In this document: positions 45,100 to 54,880 of the stretch, piece by piece
Layout: each line of letters begins with the position of its first letter
Position numbering within the stretch: position 1 is the first letter of the stretch
Assembly (NCBI GenBank): GCA_036504235.1
Contig: DASXVN010000030.1
Span: 12,677-76,676 of the forward strand
Reading direction: 5' to 3'
DNA length: 64,000 nucleotides
Source of the DNA: Armatimonadota bacterium
GTDB lineage: Bacteria; Armatimonadota; Zipacnadia; Zipacnadales; Zipacnadaceae
Notes under the pieces: model-generated
Told to the model about the DNA's origin: nothing
Database searches by the model: none
The model's input: the letters and a program-made list of their open reading frames with translations, nothing else
Made by a program: the position numbers and the translations under genes

Positions 45100-45278
45100 G
45101 AGGACAACTACCTCCTAGTGTAGGCTTACCTCGGCACGCCCCCGCTTCCCCTTGAGGTCGCGAAGGTGGTTTCGCCCCGGGGAGGGAACAAGCCGCCGTG
45201 CCTCGCCCCGCAACGTTGCAGGAGCGGGGCAACGGTGGCGCTGCCGGGGAGCGCCCAATCTAACCAGGAGGATTTCTT

Positions 45279-46319
45279 ATGGCTAAGAAGCTTAAGGTCG
45301 GCATCATCGGGACCGGCGGCATCGCCCAGGCGCATCTGGCGGCCTGGGACCGCTGCGCGGACGTGGAGATCGCCGCGTTGTGTGACGTGCGGCCGGAGGC
45401 GCTCACCACCGGCGCCGAGAAATGGCAGGTAGCCGCGGACCACTGCTTCAGCGACTTCAAGGTCATGCTGGATAACGCGGACCTCGACATCGTGGACGTC
45501 TGCACCCCCAACTCCGCCCACGTAGGCCCGACGGTTGCGGCCCTCAAAGCGGGACGCCATGTTATCGTCGAGAAACCCGCCGGCACCTCGGCCCGCGAGG
45601 TCGAGCGCATGGTGCAGGCCGGCACGGAGTCCGGCAAGCTGCTCATGGTCGCCCAGGTCATGCGCTTCAGCAGCGAGGGCCAGCTCTGCAAGCACTGGAT
45701 CCGCCAGGGCCTGGTCGGGGATATCTACTGGGGGCGCGCGGAGTACCTGCGGCCCCGCGGCGTGCCCGCCTGGGGCGCCTTCATCAACCAGGAAGCCTCC
45801 GGCGGCGGCCCCTGCTACGACATCGGCGTGCACGTCCTGGACATGGCCCTGCACCTGATGGACTTCCCCGAGCCGGAGACCGTCAGCGCGGGGACCTACC
45901 TCAAGCTGGCCAACAAGCCCTCCGTGATGAAGCACGACCCCAAGAAGTACACGGTTCCCGAGGACTTCGCGGTGGCCCTGGTGCGCTTTGCGGACGGCCG
46001 AACGCTATCGCTGGGCGCAAGCTGGGCGCTGAACCTCAGAGAGGAAATCCGCCAAGTCCTGGTCTGTGGCGAGAAGGGCTCCGCTTCCCTGTGGCCGCCG
46101 ACGCTGGTCACCGAGAGCGAGGGCGTTATGGCCACTACCACGCCGCAGGTCACCGTCTTTGACGGCGCCGACGCCTTCTACAACGAGTGCTCGGCCTTCG
46201 CCGCGGCGATCCGTTCCGGCGGACCCTCGCCGGTGCCGGGGGAGCAGGCGCTCATCACCCAGCGGATCCTGGATGCCGTCTACAAGTCCGGCGCCAAGGG
46301 CCGCGAGGTACGCGTCTAG
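45279..46319 (+). CDS. Gfo/Idh/MocA family oxidoreductase
   Basis: 'KVGIIGTGGIAQAHL' Rossmann motif and 'EKPAG'. Confidence 0.9.
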   Translation: MAKKLKVGIIGTGGIAQAHLAAWDRCADVEIAALCDVRPEALTTGAEKWQVAADHCFSDFKVMLDNADLDIVDVCTPNSAHVGPTVAALKAGRHVIVEKPAGTSAREVERMVQAGTESGKLLMVAQVMRFSSEGQLCKHWIRQGLVGDIYWGRAEYLRPRGVPAWGAFINQEASGGGPCYDIGVHVLDMALHLMDFPEPETVSAGTYLKLANKPSVMKHDPKKYTVPEDFAVALVRFADGRTLSLGASWALNLREEIRQVLVCGEKGSASLWPPTLVTESEGVMATTTPQVTVFDGADAFYNECSAFAAAIRSGGPSPVPGEQALITQRILDAVYKSGAKGREVRV

Positions 46320-46577
46320 CCAGGCTGTCGGTAAGCGTAGTTAGCGGGCCGGAGTTGAGGGGCACCCAGCGTGCCTCCCCGCTCCGGCCTGTTGGCGTTG
46401 TGGCGCCTTTTCTGGCGGATAACACAACCTTGCCCCACACATTATAGAACCGACGTGGAGAATAGGTTTTGTTCTTCACTCCTATGGGTATACCCACCTT
46501 GCGCTCATCTTGAGCTAACCATTCCCCCACGCTGGTGTATCGCGAGGGGTATTTTCGGGCGGGGGGGGGAGTACTGC

Positions 46578-48194
46578 ATGGCGGCGACGTCGCCGGCGAG
46601 CTACGTCGGCTCAGCCTTGGTGCATCAGGTTGACAAGGTCAAAATCTCCCTGGTCTTCTTCTTCGTCGGGGTTTTGCTCACCGCCAATGGCACGCTGGTC
46701 CACGAACGCCCCTTAATCGGCTTTGCGGTCAGCTTTTCGGCGCTGCTGGTGATCTGGAGCTACTACCTTCTGCGCTGGGAAGAACTGCAAGCGCAAGGGC
46801 AATGGCAGGTGGTCGCGACCGTCTTCACGGTCCTCGACCTGGGCGTAATCGCCGTCTTTGTGGAGGCCACCGGCGGCTTCCGCAGTCCCTTCTGGGCCTT
46901 GCTGCTGCTGCCGCTCATCTTCGCCGCGATCTACTTCAGCCAGGCGCGGCTGGCCGTACCCCTGACTGCCGCCCTGGTGACCTGCGTTTATCTGGCCGAG
47001 TCCAACGAGATGGGCGGCTGGCGCCACAACGAGTGGGACCTGCTGGGGCGCCTGATCGTCGTAGCCGCGGTGGCCTGGCTGTCCTGGCTGCTTTCCTCCG
47101 TTCTCTATCGGGAGCGGCAGGCGCATGAGGTCATGGCGCAGCACCTGGCCGCCGGGGTCCTGGTCCTGCAGGGCGCGGACCGGGTGTTTCTGGCTAACCC
47201 GGAACTGGCGCGGCTGCTCAGTTGGCCGCAGACGCCGGCGGCGGGGCAGAGCCTCCTCGAACTCCCCGCGGGCCCGGGCACTGAGCTGCTCCGCGAGGTC
47301 GTCGGCGCGATCTGTCGGCCGGAGGCTCGTCCGGTGGACCGGGAAATGAGTGGCGACGGGCATCCGCGGCGGTACCTGCGCTTCTACGCCACGCCCTGGA
47401 GCCAGGCGGAGGCGGGCGGCTGGGTGCTGACCGTCGAGGACGTCACCGAGATCCGCGCCGTGACCAGCACCAAGGAGAAGAGCCTCAGCCTGCTCTCCCA
47501 CGAACTGCGCTCTCCGCTAACCTCCATGCGCGGGCTGGCGCGCACCCTCGCCGGCAAGGCGGGGGAGCTGACGCCGGAAGAACGCCGCCACGCCACCCGC
47601 TGCCTGGAGGCCGAGAGCGACCGCCTCTCGCGCTTGGTCAACACCCTGCTGGATGTCTCGCACCTGGAGCAAGGCAAAGCGGAGTTGTGCCTGCAGGCGG
47701 TGTCGCTGGCGGAGATTTCCGCCCGGATCCGGGAGCTGTATACGGCGCGCGCCTGCGAGAAGCGGATCAGCCTCCTCAGCGAGGTGCCGCTGGACCTGCC
47801 CCCGGTACGCGCCGACGCGGACCGCCTGGAGCAGATTCTGGTGGCCCTGCTGGACAACGCCCTCAAGTATACCCCCCGCGGCGGGACGATCCGCCTGCAG
47901 GGCTGCCGGCAGGAGGGTCACGCAGGCCTGATTGTGAGCGACACCGGCCGGGGCATCCCCGAGGCCGCCCAGGAAATGGTTTTCGAGCGCTTCGGGCGCG
48001 TCCCCTCGGAGCGCGAGTACCCCTTCGGCGAGCCCGGGCTGGGCCTGGGGCTGTACCTGGCGCGGCTCCTGGCGCGCGAGCAGGGCGGCGACCTGCTCCT
48101 GGACAGCACCCTCGGCGGCGGTAGCAGCTTCACTGTGCTCCTGCCCCTCCGCCGGCCGGCCGAGCGCCGCGCCGACACCGCCGCAATTGCCTGA
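46578..48194 (+). CDS. Sensor histidine kinase (multi-TM N-domain, PAS-like, HisKA, HATPase_c), paralogue 1
   Basis: H-box 'LSHELRSPLTSM', N/G boxes 'DNALKYTP' and 'DTGRGIP...GLGLGLYLAR'. Start at ATG 46578, after a G9 tract. Confidence 0.85.
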   Translation: MAATSPASYVGSALVHQVDKVKISLVFFFVGVLLTANGTLVHERPLIGFAVSFSALLVIWSYYLLRWEELQAQGQWQVVATVFTVLDLGVIAVFVEATGGFRSPFWALLLLPLIFAAIYFSQARLAVPLTAALVTCVYLAESNEMGGWRHNEWDLLGRLIVVAAVAWLSWLLSSVLYRERQAHEVMAQHLAAGVLVLQGADRVFLANPELARLLSWPQTPAAGQSLLELPAGPGTELLREVVGAICRPEARPVDREMSGDGHPRRYLRFYATPWSQAEAGGWVLTVEDVTEIRAVTSTKEKSLSLLSHELRSPLTSMRGLARTLAGKAGELTPEERRHATRCLEAESDRLSRLVNTLLDVSHLEQGKAELCLQAVSLAEISARIRELYTARACEKRISLLSEVPLDLPPVRADADRLEQILVALLDNALKYTPRGGTIRLQGCRQEGHAGLIVSDTGRGIPEAAQEMVFERFGRVPSEREYPFGEPGLGLGLYLARLLAREQGGDLLLDSTLGGGSSFTVLLPLRRPAERRADTAAIA

Positions 48195-48259
48195 CGAGCC
48201 ACCCTGCCGTCCCCCGCTCACCGCTTTGCTCCGCCCGCGTGCTACTTTCGACCAGGGCC

Positions 48260-48289
48260 TTGACAGGCGAGGACATTAGCTGTTAACAT
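48260..48289 (+). promoter_or_regulatory. Candidate sigma70-type promoter TTGACA-N17-TAACAT
   Basis: TTGACA at 48260..48265 and TAACAT at 48284..48289 (an N17 spacing is also possible with TTAACA). It lies ~175 nt upstream of the kinase start in a lower-GC gap. Confidence 0.35.
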
Positions 48290-48465
48290 GAGCAGGAATT
48301 GAGCATTTCTTTACCGCAAAGATATTCGCCCGGATGGTCTGGATGGGCCATTTCTGAGGCGCTCGCTTCCGTCAGGTTTGGCGGGGCGATTACCGGGTAA
48401 ACTAAAGAAATACACAAGGTTGTGTAAAGATACCGTTTCCTGACGCGCGGAGGTGAGAATAATCC

Positions 48466-50133
48466 GTGCCCGAGGAATTTGAACTTGAGTCAAAGGGGGA
48501 AGCGGCGGACATGAATCGCGCTGCCGCAGAGAGACATCTTGAATTCGGTCTGGTGAGGCAGGCAGACAAGATTCGCGTGGTCTTGGTCTTCTTCCTGATC
48601 ATCATCACCGTGGGCGCTCGCCCGGCGACTCTGGCCAACCCCGAGTTGGCGGGCATCGCGCTATCGCTGGCGGCCCTCGCCTCGATCTGGAGCCTCTTTT
48701 TTCTGCGCTGGGATGAGCTGCTGCTGCGGGGCCGCTTGCCCCTGGCGGTCGTGGCGCTCAACCTCTTCGACATCGGCTGGATGGGCGCTTTCGTGATCGC
48801 CAGCGGCGGGGCGACCAGCCCCTTCTGGGCGATGCTCCTGCTCACCGTGGTCTTCGCCGGCGCTTTCTTCAGCGACGTCTCCTGGGCCTTGCCCTTCACC
48901 GCGGTCATCGTGGCCCTGGTGTACGTCGGGCTCGCCGGCGCGTCGGGGCCGAGCCCCATTCTGGTGTGGGACACCTCCGCGCGCCTGCTGGTAGTCTTTT
49001 GCGTGGCCTGGTTCACCTGGGGCCTCGCCACGGTCCTGGAGCGGGAGCGGCAGGCCAACCAGCGCATCGTGCGCTACCTCACCGAGGGCGTCACGCTGCT
49101 CAACCGCGACGGCGTCATCATCCTCGCCAACCCCCAGATGGCCAAATTCTGCGGCCTGGGCGTGGACGACATCGTCGGCAAGCACATCCTGGAGACCAGT
49201 GGGCGGCCGGGCTACGCGCTCTTGCGCAAGATGCTCGGCGACGTGCTCAAGCGCCCGGCCAGTCTTCTGACCACCGATCTCACCCTGGAGGGCAAGCAGG
49301 TCTATGATCTGCGCTGCTCGACGGTCCCCTGCGGCTCGGTCAACGGCAAGCCGCTCGGGTGGGTGGTCGTGGTGCAGGACGTAACCGATATCAAGGCGCG
49401 GACCCGGATGCGGGAAGAGGGACTGGGGCTGGTCTCTCACGAGTTGCGCTCGCCGCTGGCCTCGCTCCGCGTGATGGCTCAGGTGCTCAGCGGCATGGCC
49501 GGCGAGCTGAACGAGGAAGAGCGGGACCGAGTGACGGTGACCATCGAGCGGGAAACCGACCGGCTGTCCCGACTGGTGGCCGACCTGCTGGACCTGGCCC
49601 GGCTCGAGCAACCCGACTTTGTCCTCGAGCAGCGGCGGCTGTCGCTGCCGGAAGTGGCCGACCGGGTGGCGGACATCTTCTCGCTGACCGCCGAGAGTCA
49701 GGGGCTGACCGTGATCAACGAGGTGCCGAACGACCTCCCGGCGGTATGGGGCGATCTCGACCGCGTGGTGCAGGTGCTGACCAACCTCATGGATAACGCC
49801 CTCAAGCACACCCCGCGCGGCGGCCAGGTAAGGCTGGGCGCGGATAGCGAGGAGGACGGGGTCCGCATTTGGGTGCGCGATGCCGGCTGCGGCATTCCCC
49901 CGGAGATGCTGGAGCATATTTTTGAGAAGTTCGGCCAGGCCCCCCACCAGGCCCAAAGCCATGCGCCCAAGGGCGTGGGTCTGGGCCTCTATGTCTCGCG
50001 CATGCTGGCCCACAAACAGGGCGGCGACCTCTATGTCAGCAGCGAGCCCGGCGAGGGGAGCACCTTCACCCTGGTCCTGCCGCGCGTCGCCGAGCCGGTC
50101 GCAGCGCTGCGCCAGCCGATTTCGGCTGCCTGA
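48466..50133 (+). CDS. Sensor histidine kinase, paralogue 2
   Basis: H-box 'VSHELRSPLASL' and 'DNALKHTP...DAGCGIP...GVGLGLYVSR'. GTG start at 48466 with a GGAGGTGA RBS. Confidence 0.85.
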   Translation: MPEEFELESKGEAADMNRAAAERHLEFGLVRQADKIRVVLVFFLIIITVGARPATLANPELAGIALSLAALASIWSLFFLRWDELLLRGRLPLAVVALNLFDIGWMGAFVIASGGATSPFWAMLLLTVVFAGAFFSDVSWALPFTAVIVALVYVGLAGASGPSPILVWDTSARLLVVFCVAWFTWGLATVLERERQANQRIVRYLTEGVTLLNRDGVIILANPQMAKFCGLGVDDIVGKHILETSGRPGYALLRKMLGDVLKRPASLLTTDLTLEGKQVYDLRCSTVPCGSVNGKPLGWVVVVQDVTDIKARTRMREEGLGLVSHELRSPLASLRVMAQVLSGMAGELNEEERDRVTVTIERETDRLSRLVADLLDLARLEQPDFVLEQRRLSLPEVADRVADIFSLTAESQGLTVINEVPNDLPAVWGDLDRVVQVLTNLMDNALKHTPRGGQVRLGADSEEDGVRIWVRDAGCGIPPEMLEHIFEKFGQAPHQAQSHAPKGVGLGLYVSRMLAHKQGGDLYVSSEPGEGSTFTLVLPRVAEPVAALRQPISAA

Positions 50134-50157
50134 CCCGCCGCCCCCCGACGGTAAAGC

Positions 50158-50188
50158 AAAGGGGCGACCCGTATGGTCGCCCCTTTTT
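50158..50188. terminator. Bidirectional rho-independent terminator between convergent genes
   Basis: 'aaa-ggggcgacc-cgtat-ggtcgcccc-ttttt'. Confidence 0.8.
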
Positions 50189-50215
50189 AGTGTCAACCGG
50201 TTACGGTGGGACTGG

Positions 50216-51178
50216 CTACCACATGCCGCAGGCCGCGCGGGCGCGTTCCAGGGTAATCCGCGCCTGAGCCCGAGCCCGGGCCGCCCCGGCGGCCAGGACC
50301 TCGCGCACCTGCTCCGGATGGGCCAGCAACTCCTGGCGCTTCTCTCGCGCCGGCGCGAAATGCTCGGTCATCAGCTCCGCCGTGCGCTTCTTGACCTCCC
50401 CGTAGGCCGCTCCGCCCTCGCGATAGAGCCGCTCCATCTCCTGCCGCTCCGCCTCCGGGGCAAAGAGCTTGAAAAGCTGGAACACGTTGTCGCTATCCGG
50501 GTCCTTGGGCTCCTCGACCGGCGTCGAGTCGGTCTTGATGGACATGACCAGCTTGCGGAGCGGCTTGGGCTCGGCGAAGATATCGATCGTGTTGCCGTAG
50601 CTCTTGGACATCTTCCGGCCATCCACCCCCGGCACCACCGCCACTTCCTTGAGGATCAGCGGCTCGGGCACTACAAAGACCTCGCCATAGCGGTTGTTGA
50701 AGCGCAGGGCCAGATCACGGGTGACCTCCACATGCTGCTTCTGATCCTGGCCCACCGGTACCAGGTTGGAGTCGTAGATGAGGATGTCGGCCGCCATCAG
50801 CACCGGGTAGGCGAACAGTCCATGCTCGGCGGGAATGCCCTGGGAGACCTTATCCTTGTAGGCGTGGCAGCGCTCCAGCAGGCCCATCGGGGCGACCGTG
50901 GAGAGCAGCCAGGATAGCTCGGTAACCTCCGGCACGTCCGACTGGACGAACATCGTGGCGACCGCGGGGTCCAGGCCCAGGGCCAGGAAAGTGACGGCTA
51001 CCTCCTCGGTCAGGCGGCGCAGCTCCGCCGGGTCGTGCAGGGAGGTCAGGGCGTGGTAGTTGGCGATGAAATAGAAGCCCTCATGCTCATACTGCAGATC
51101 GAGATACTGGCGCAGGGCGCCGAAGTAGTTGCCGATATGCAGGGCGCCGGAGGGTTGGATGCCGGACAAAACGCGCAT
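50216..51178 (-). CDS. trpS: Tryptophan--tRNA ligase
   Basis: 'SGIQPSGALHIGNYFGA' (HIGH) and 'KMSKS'. 320 aa. Confidence 0.95.
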   Translation of the reverse strand: MRVLSGIQPSGALHIGNYFGALRQYLDLQYEHEGFYFIANYHALTSLHDPAELRRLTEEVAVTFLALGLDPAVATMFVQSDVPEVTELSWLLSTVAPMGLLERCHAYKDKVSQGIPAEHGLFAYPVLMAADILIYDSNLVPVGQDQKQHVEVTRDLALRFNNRYGEVFVVPEPLILKEVAVVPGVDGRKMSKSYGNTIDIFAEPKPLRKLVMSIKTDSTPVEEPKDPDSDNVFQLFKLFAPEAERQEMERLYREGGAAYGEVKKRTAELMTEHFAPAREKRQELLAHPEQVREVLAAGAARARAQARITLERARAACGMW

Positions 51179-51279
51179 GGCTTACACCTCATGGTGGATG
51201 GGTGGAAAAAGCCGCGACCCAGGGGAGGCTCGCGGCCGGAAGACAACGAGGAGACCTTACAGGCCGGGCGCGCGGCTTG

Positions 51280-52536
51280 TCAAGAGGCCTCGGCCCGCCG
51301 CTCGGCGGCGCGGCGCATCAGGGGCCAGACCACCAACTGGGCCAGCCCCATGACCACGGCCAGCGCGGCGACCAGCAGCAGGGAGCCCCGCAGCGCGTTC
51401 TCCAGGCCCAGGCGCGCGATCATGGACTCGGCCAGCACGCCACTGACCAGGCCGCCGGTGACGCCGCCCAGCCCCACGACGGCCTCATGCAGGGCCGTAG
51501 AGGCGGCGCGGCCCGACTCGCGCCCGTGCAGGGCGTAATACAGCGAGGTCGAGACGCTGAGCGCGGTGCAGACGCCGGCGATCAGGCAGGCGCCCAGGAA
51601 CATCGGCAGCGAGCGCGCGCTAGCCACCGCCCCCATCCCCACCACGGCCAGGGGCGCGGGCAGGATCAGCGGCCACAGCCGGTACTGCCAGCGGCTGGAG
51701 GTGCGCCCCGCCCAGAGCAGGAGGACGATCGCGAAGTAATAGGCGGCGATGGACAGCCCGGTCTGGTTCTCCGGCATGCCCAGCAGCGAGGCCAGCTTGG
51801 GCAAAATGGTGAGCAGCACCCCGGTCATGAACCAGGAGAGAAAGGAGACCAGCCGGGCGCTGACCAGGAAACGGCTGGTGACCGCGGGGTCCACCGTCGG
51901 CTCGGGAGTCGCGGCCTCCGGGGATATCTCCTCGGACACGGATTCCACGGGGCGGCGCTGCGGGACCCAGAACAGGGCCACGCCGACGGTGACCAGCAAA
52001 GCGACCAGGGCGAGAAAAGTGAGCGGCCCGATGGCGCGCCAGAGCACTCCGCCGATCACCGCGCCGAGCACCATCCCGCTGGACCAGGCCACGTTGAAGT
52101 TGCCCAGGGCGCGGTTGAGTGCCCCGGGGCTGAGGGAGGCCAACTCGGAAAACCAGGCGGAGGTCGTGGGCCAGAAAAGCGACATGGCCAGCCCGTAGAT
52201 CGAAGACCAGACGACTAGCTGCCAGACCTCCGCGGACCAGTAGTGGCCGGCGGCGCAGAGGGCAGCCAGTCCCAGGCCCATGAGCGCCGAGTTGCGGCGG
52301 CCCAGCCGGTCCGAAAGGTGGCCCAAGGTGAGGCAGCCCACCGTGTAAACCGCCGGGCCGGAGGCGGCCAGGATACCTAGCTCGACAGGCGAGGCATGCC
52401 AGTTCACGGCCCGGAAGGCGGCGGCCAGATTGCGGCAGTTGACCGACAGGTCGCAGGACATGGCGGCGCCCATTAGCAGCAAGATCGCCAGGCGTCCGTT
52501 TGTGCGCGCCTGGACGGCAGTCAGGCGGGCGCTCAT
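51280..52536 (-). CDS. MFS transporter
   Basis: ~12 TM segments and a 'GHLSDRLGRR' MFS loop-2/3 motif. Confidence 0.85.
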   Translation of the reverse strand: MSARLTAVQARTNGRLAILLLMGAAMSCDLSVNCRNLAAAFRAVNWHASPVELGILAASGPAVYTVGCLTLGHLSDRLGRRNSALMGLGLAALCAAGHYWSAEVWQLVVWSSIYGLAMSLFWPTTSAWFSELASLSPGALNRALGNFNVAWSSGMVLGAVIGGVLWRAIGPLTFLALVALLVTVGVALFWVPQRRPVESVSEEISPEAATPEPTVDPAVTSRFLVSARLVSFLSWFMTGVLLTILPKLASLLGMPENQTGLSIAAYYFAIVLLLWAGRTSSRWQYRLWPLILPAPLAVVGMGAVASARSLPMFLGACLIAGVCTALSVSTSLYYALHGRESGRAASTALHEAVVGLGGVTGGLVSGVLAESMIARLGLENALRGSLLLVAALAVVMGLAQLVVWPLMRRAAERRAEAS

Positions 52537-53303
52537 GCGTCTGCCTCCGCGTCAGCCGTACCGCCGACGTGCTCCCACAGGCGGGGATAGGCCCACGCCA
52601 GCAGCGTCTCCAGATTCTGCACGTCGGCCGCGTTGTAGCGGACCAGCAGGTCCAGCGCCCGCGGGCTGCCGGCCAGATACTCGTGCCAGAGATAGACCGC
52701 GTCCTCCCCGGAAAGCCCGTCGAGGTCGTCGTCCCGGGCCAGCCCCAGGCGGCGCTCGATGACCTTGAGCCCCCCGCGCAGGCCCAGGCGGTGCAGCGCG
52801 TGGCACAGGTCTACGTGCAGCAGATTGCGCGGCAGCCCCCGGAAATGGCGGCGCAGGAAGGGCAGGTCAAAGCTAGCGCCATTGAAGGTGACCAGCAGGG
52901 CGAATTGCTCCAGGTCCTCGGGAAAGTCGCCCAGGTTGTCGCCGGCCACGTAGGTGCGCATGAGGTGGCCGTCCCACAGGCCCACGACGGTGATCTCCGA
53001 GCCATAGCCGGTGCCGGTGGTCTCAATGTCGAGGAAGCCGATGTGGTTGCTGAAGTCGGAGAGGGCGCGCCAGTGGTCCGCCGGGGCCAGATTGAGGGCA
53101 AAATAGCGGTGGTCGTGGCGCTGCAGGCTGTGCAGGGAGTCCTCGACGTGATCGCGGACCTCATCCCAGCGGACCAGCGAGAAGCCCGAGGGCGGCGAGT
53201 CGAGGTCCAGGGCGGACTCCCAGTCGCGCACGCCCAGGCGCCAGAGCTTGCGCTCGGTGCCGTAGCCGATCTTGGGGAGATGGACGAAGGTTCGTTTCAG
53301 CAT
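52533..53303 (-). CDS. RNase H-like domain protein (YprB/COG3359-type predicted exonuclease)
   Basis: 'IGFLDIETTG' motif. Start set at ATG 53303. The stop overlaps the MFS start (ATGA). Confidence 0.7.
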   Translation of the reverse strand: MLKRTFVHLPKIGYGTERKLWRLGVRDWESALDLDSPPSGFSLVRWDEVRDHVEDSLHSLQRHDHRYFALNLAPADHWRALSDFSNHIGFLDIETTGTGYGSEITVVGLWDGHLMRTYVAGDNLGDFPEDLEQFALLVTFNGASFDLPFLRRHFRGLPRNLLHVDLCHALHRLGLRGGLKVIERRLGLARDDDLDGLSGEDAVYLWHEYLAGSPRALDLLVRYNAADVQNLETLLAWAYPRLWEHVGGTADAEADA

Positions 53304-53370
53304 AAGCAAGCAGGCCCGCCATGCCAGCGGGCCGGTCAGGGTACGCAATTCCGGATGGTGGGAGCGGCGC

Positions 53371-54714
53371 TCAGGCCTTGGCAGTCTCGCGGGCGGGGGC
53401 CGCCAGGGGCTCCAGCGCCTTGAGCGCCTGAGCCGCGGCCTCGGCTACAGCGGCGTTTTCATCGTGCAACAGCGCTTGCAGCGGGGCGATGGCCTCCGCC
53501 ACTTGCAGGGCGGCCAGCGACTCCACGGCAGCCTTGCGCACCTGGTCCTTCTTGTCGCGCAGGGCGTTGACCAGGACCGGGGTAGCGGCCTTGCGGTCGC
53601 CGACCTTGCCCAGCGAAGCGGCCGCGTGCATGCGCACGCACCACTCGCGGTCGCCCAACGCGACGCACAGCGACTTGGCGCCGGCGGCTCGCCCGACCAG
53701 GCCCAGGCCGCGGGCGGCGGTCATCCGGGTGGCCCAGTCGCCATCCTGCAGCAGGCGGGTAAGCGGCTCGACCGCCTTGTAGTCGCGCGCGTAGGACAGC
53801 CCGGTCGCGGCGGCGCAGCGGATGGTGGCAATCGGCGACTTGACCAGCTTGGCGAGGTGCTTGATCGCCCCGTCGCCCGCCAACCGACCGAGCGAAGCGG
53901 CGGCGCGGCAGACGACGCTCTCGTTGCAGTCAACCAGGCCGGCGACTAGCGTGTCAATCACGCGCTCGTCACCGATCTCGCCCAGAATGCTGGCCACATG
54001 AATGCGGACGCGGTGGTCGGGGTCCTCGAATTTCTTCAGCAGAGGGGGCACAGAGCGCTTGCCAATCAGCACCAGCGCCTGGGCGGCCGCCTCCCGCACG
54101 TCGTCGCTGGGGGAGCTAAGCGCGTCAATCAGGGGTTTGACCGCCTGGGGGCTCTTGATCTTGCCCAGCGCCTCCGCCGCGGCGCGCGCCAGTTCGACGT
54201 GTTCCGAGGAGAGGATCGCAATGAGCGGGTCAATGGCAAACTTGCTGCGCAACTCGCCGAGGGCCGTGATCGTGGCGCGCTGGACCTCGGTGTTGGGGTC
54301 GGCGAGCCGCGTGACCAGACTGGCGGCCACGGAGGTGTCGCCGATGCTGCCCAGCGCCTCGGCGGCCCAGCGACGGGCGCCCTGATCCTTGGAGATGAGC
54401 GCCTCCAGCAACTCTTCAACGGCCGCTCCGCCGACCTTGGTCAAGGCCTCAGCGGCGGACCGCTGGGCATTGACGCTGGAATCGGCGAGCAGCTCGATGA
54501 GGTTGGAGACGGCGCCGCGCCCGGCTATGTTGCCGAGGGCCTCAGCAGCGGCCCCGCGCAGGCGATAGTCGCTGCTTTCGAGGTGCTCAATCAAGAAGGG
54601 GATGGCCTGCTCGCCGACCTCCGTCATTTGCTGCAGGAGGTCCTGGCGCTGGGCCGGGCTGGCGTCTTCGAGACGCGCCGACAGGTCGGAGAGTTGGCGC
54701 TCTTGACCGGTCAT
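53371..54714 (-). CDS. HEAT-repeat (PBS-lyase-type) protein
   Basis: More than 10 repeats of the '...VRxxAAxALGxIGD..AVxPLIxALxD' pattern. Confidence 0.85.
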   Translation of the reverse strand: MTGQERQLSDLSARLEDASPAQRQDLLQQMTEVGEQAIPFLIEHLESSDYRLRGAAAEALGNIAGRGAVSNLIELLADSSVNAQRSAAEALTKVGGAAVEELLEALISKDQGARRWAAEALGSIGDTSVAASLVTRLADPNTEVQRATITALGELRSKFAIDPLIAILSSEHVELARAAAEALGKIKSPQAVKPLIDALSSPSDDVREAAAQALVLIGKRSVPPLLKKFEDPDHRVRIHVASILGEIGDERVIDTLVAGLVDCNESVVCRAAASLGRLAGDGAIKHLAKLVKSPIATIRCAAATGLSYARDYKAVEPLTRLLQDGDWATRMTAARGLGLVGRAAGAKSLCVALGDREWCVRMHAAASLGKVGDRKAATPVLVNALRDKKDQVRKAAVESLAALQVAEAIAPLQALLHDENAAVAEAAAQALKALEPLAAPARETAKA

Positions 54715-54880
54715 CTAGCGCCACCTCCTCCCGACAAGCGGGGCAGAATCGGAATGGACCAAGGAGCCAGGTTACGAGTACTGCGAGCCATATGCGGGCG
54801 GCCACCAAGCCGAAGACGGAGCCCCGAGGCGACCAGTAGCGGCCTCGGGCCACTTCCTCCGCGATGCTAACGTTGTTTGC

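Noticed and set aside
51179-51279. T-box leader upstream of trpS
   Set aside because: Only ~100 nt is available between trpS and the upstream gene. That is too short for a T-box, and no specifier or T-box sequence is recognisable.
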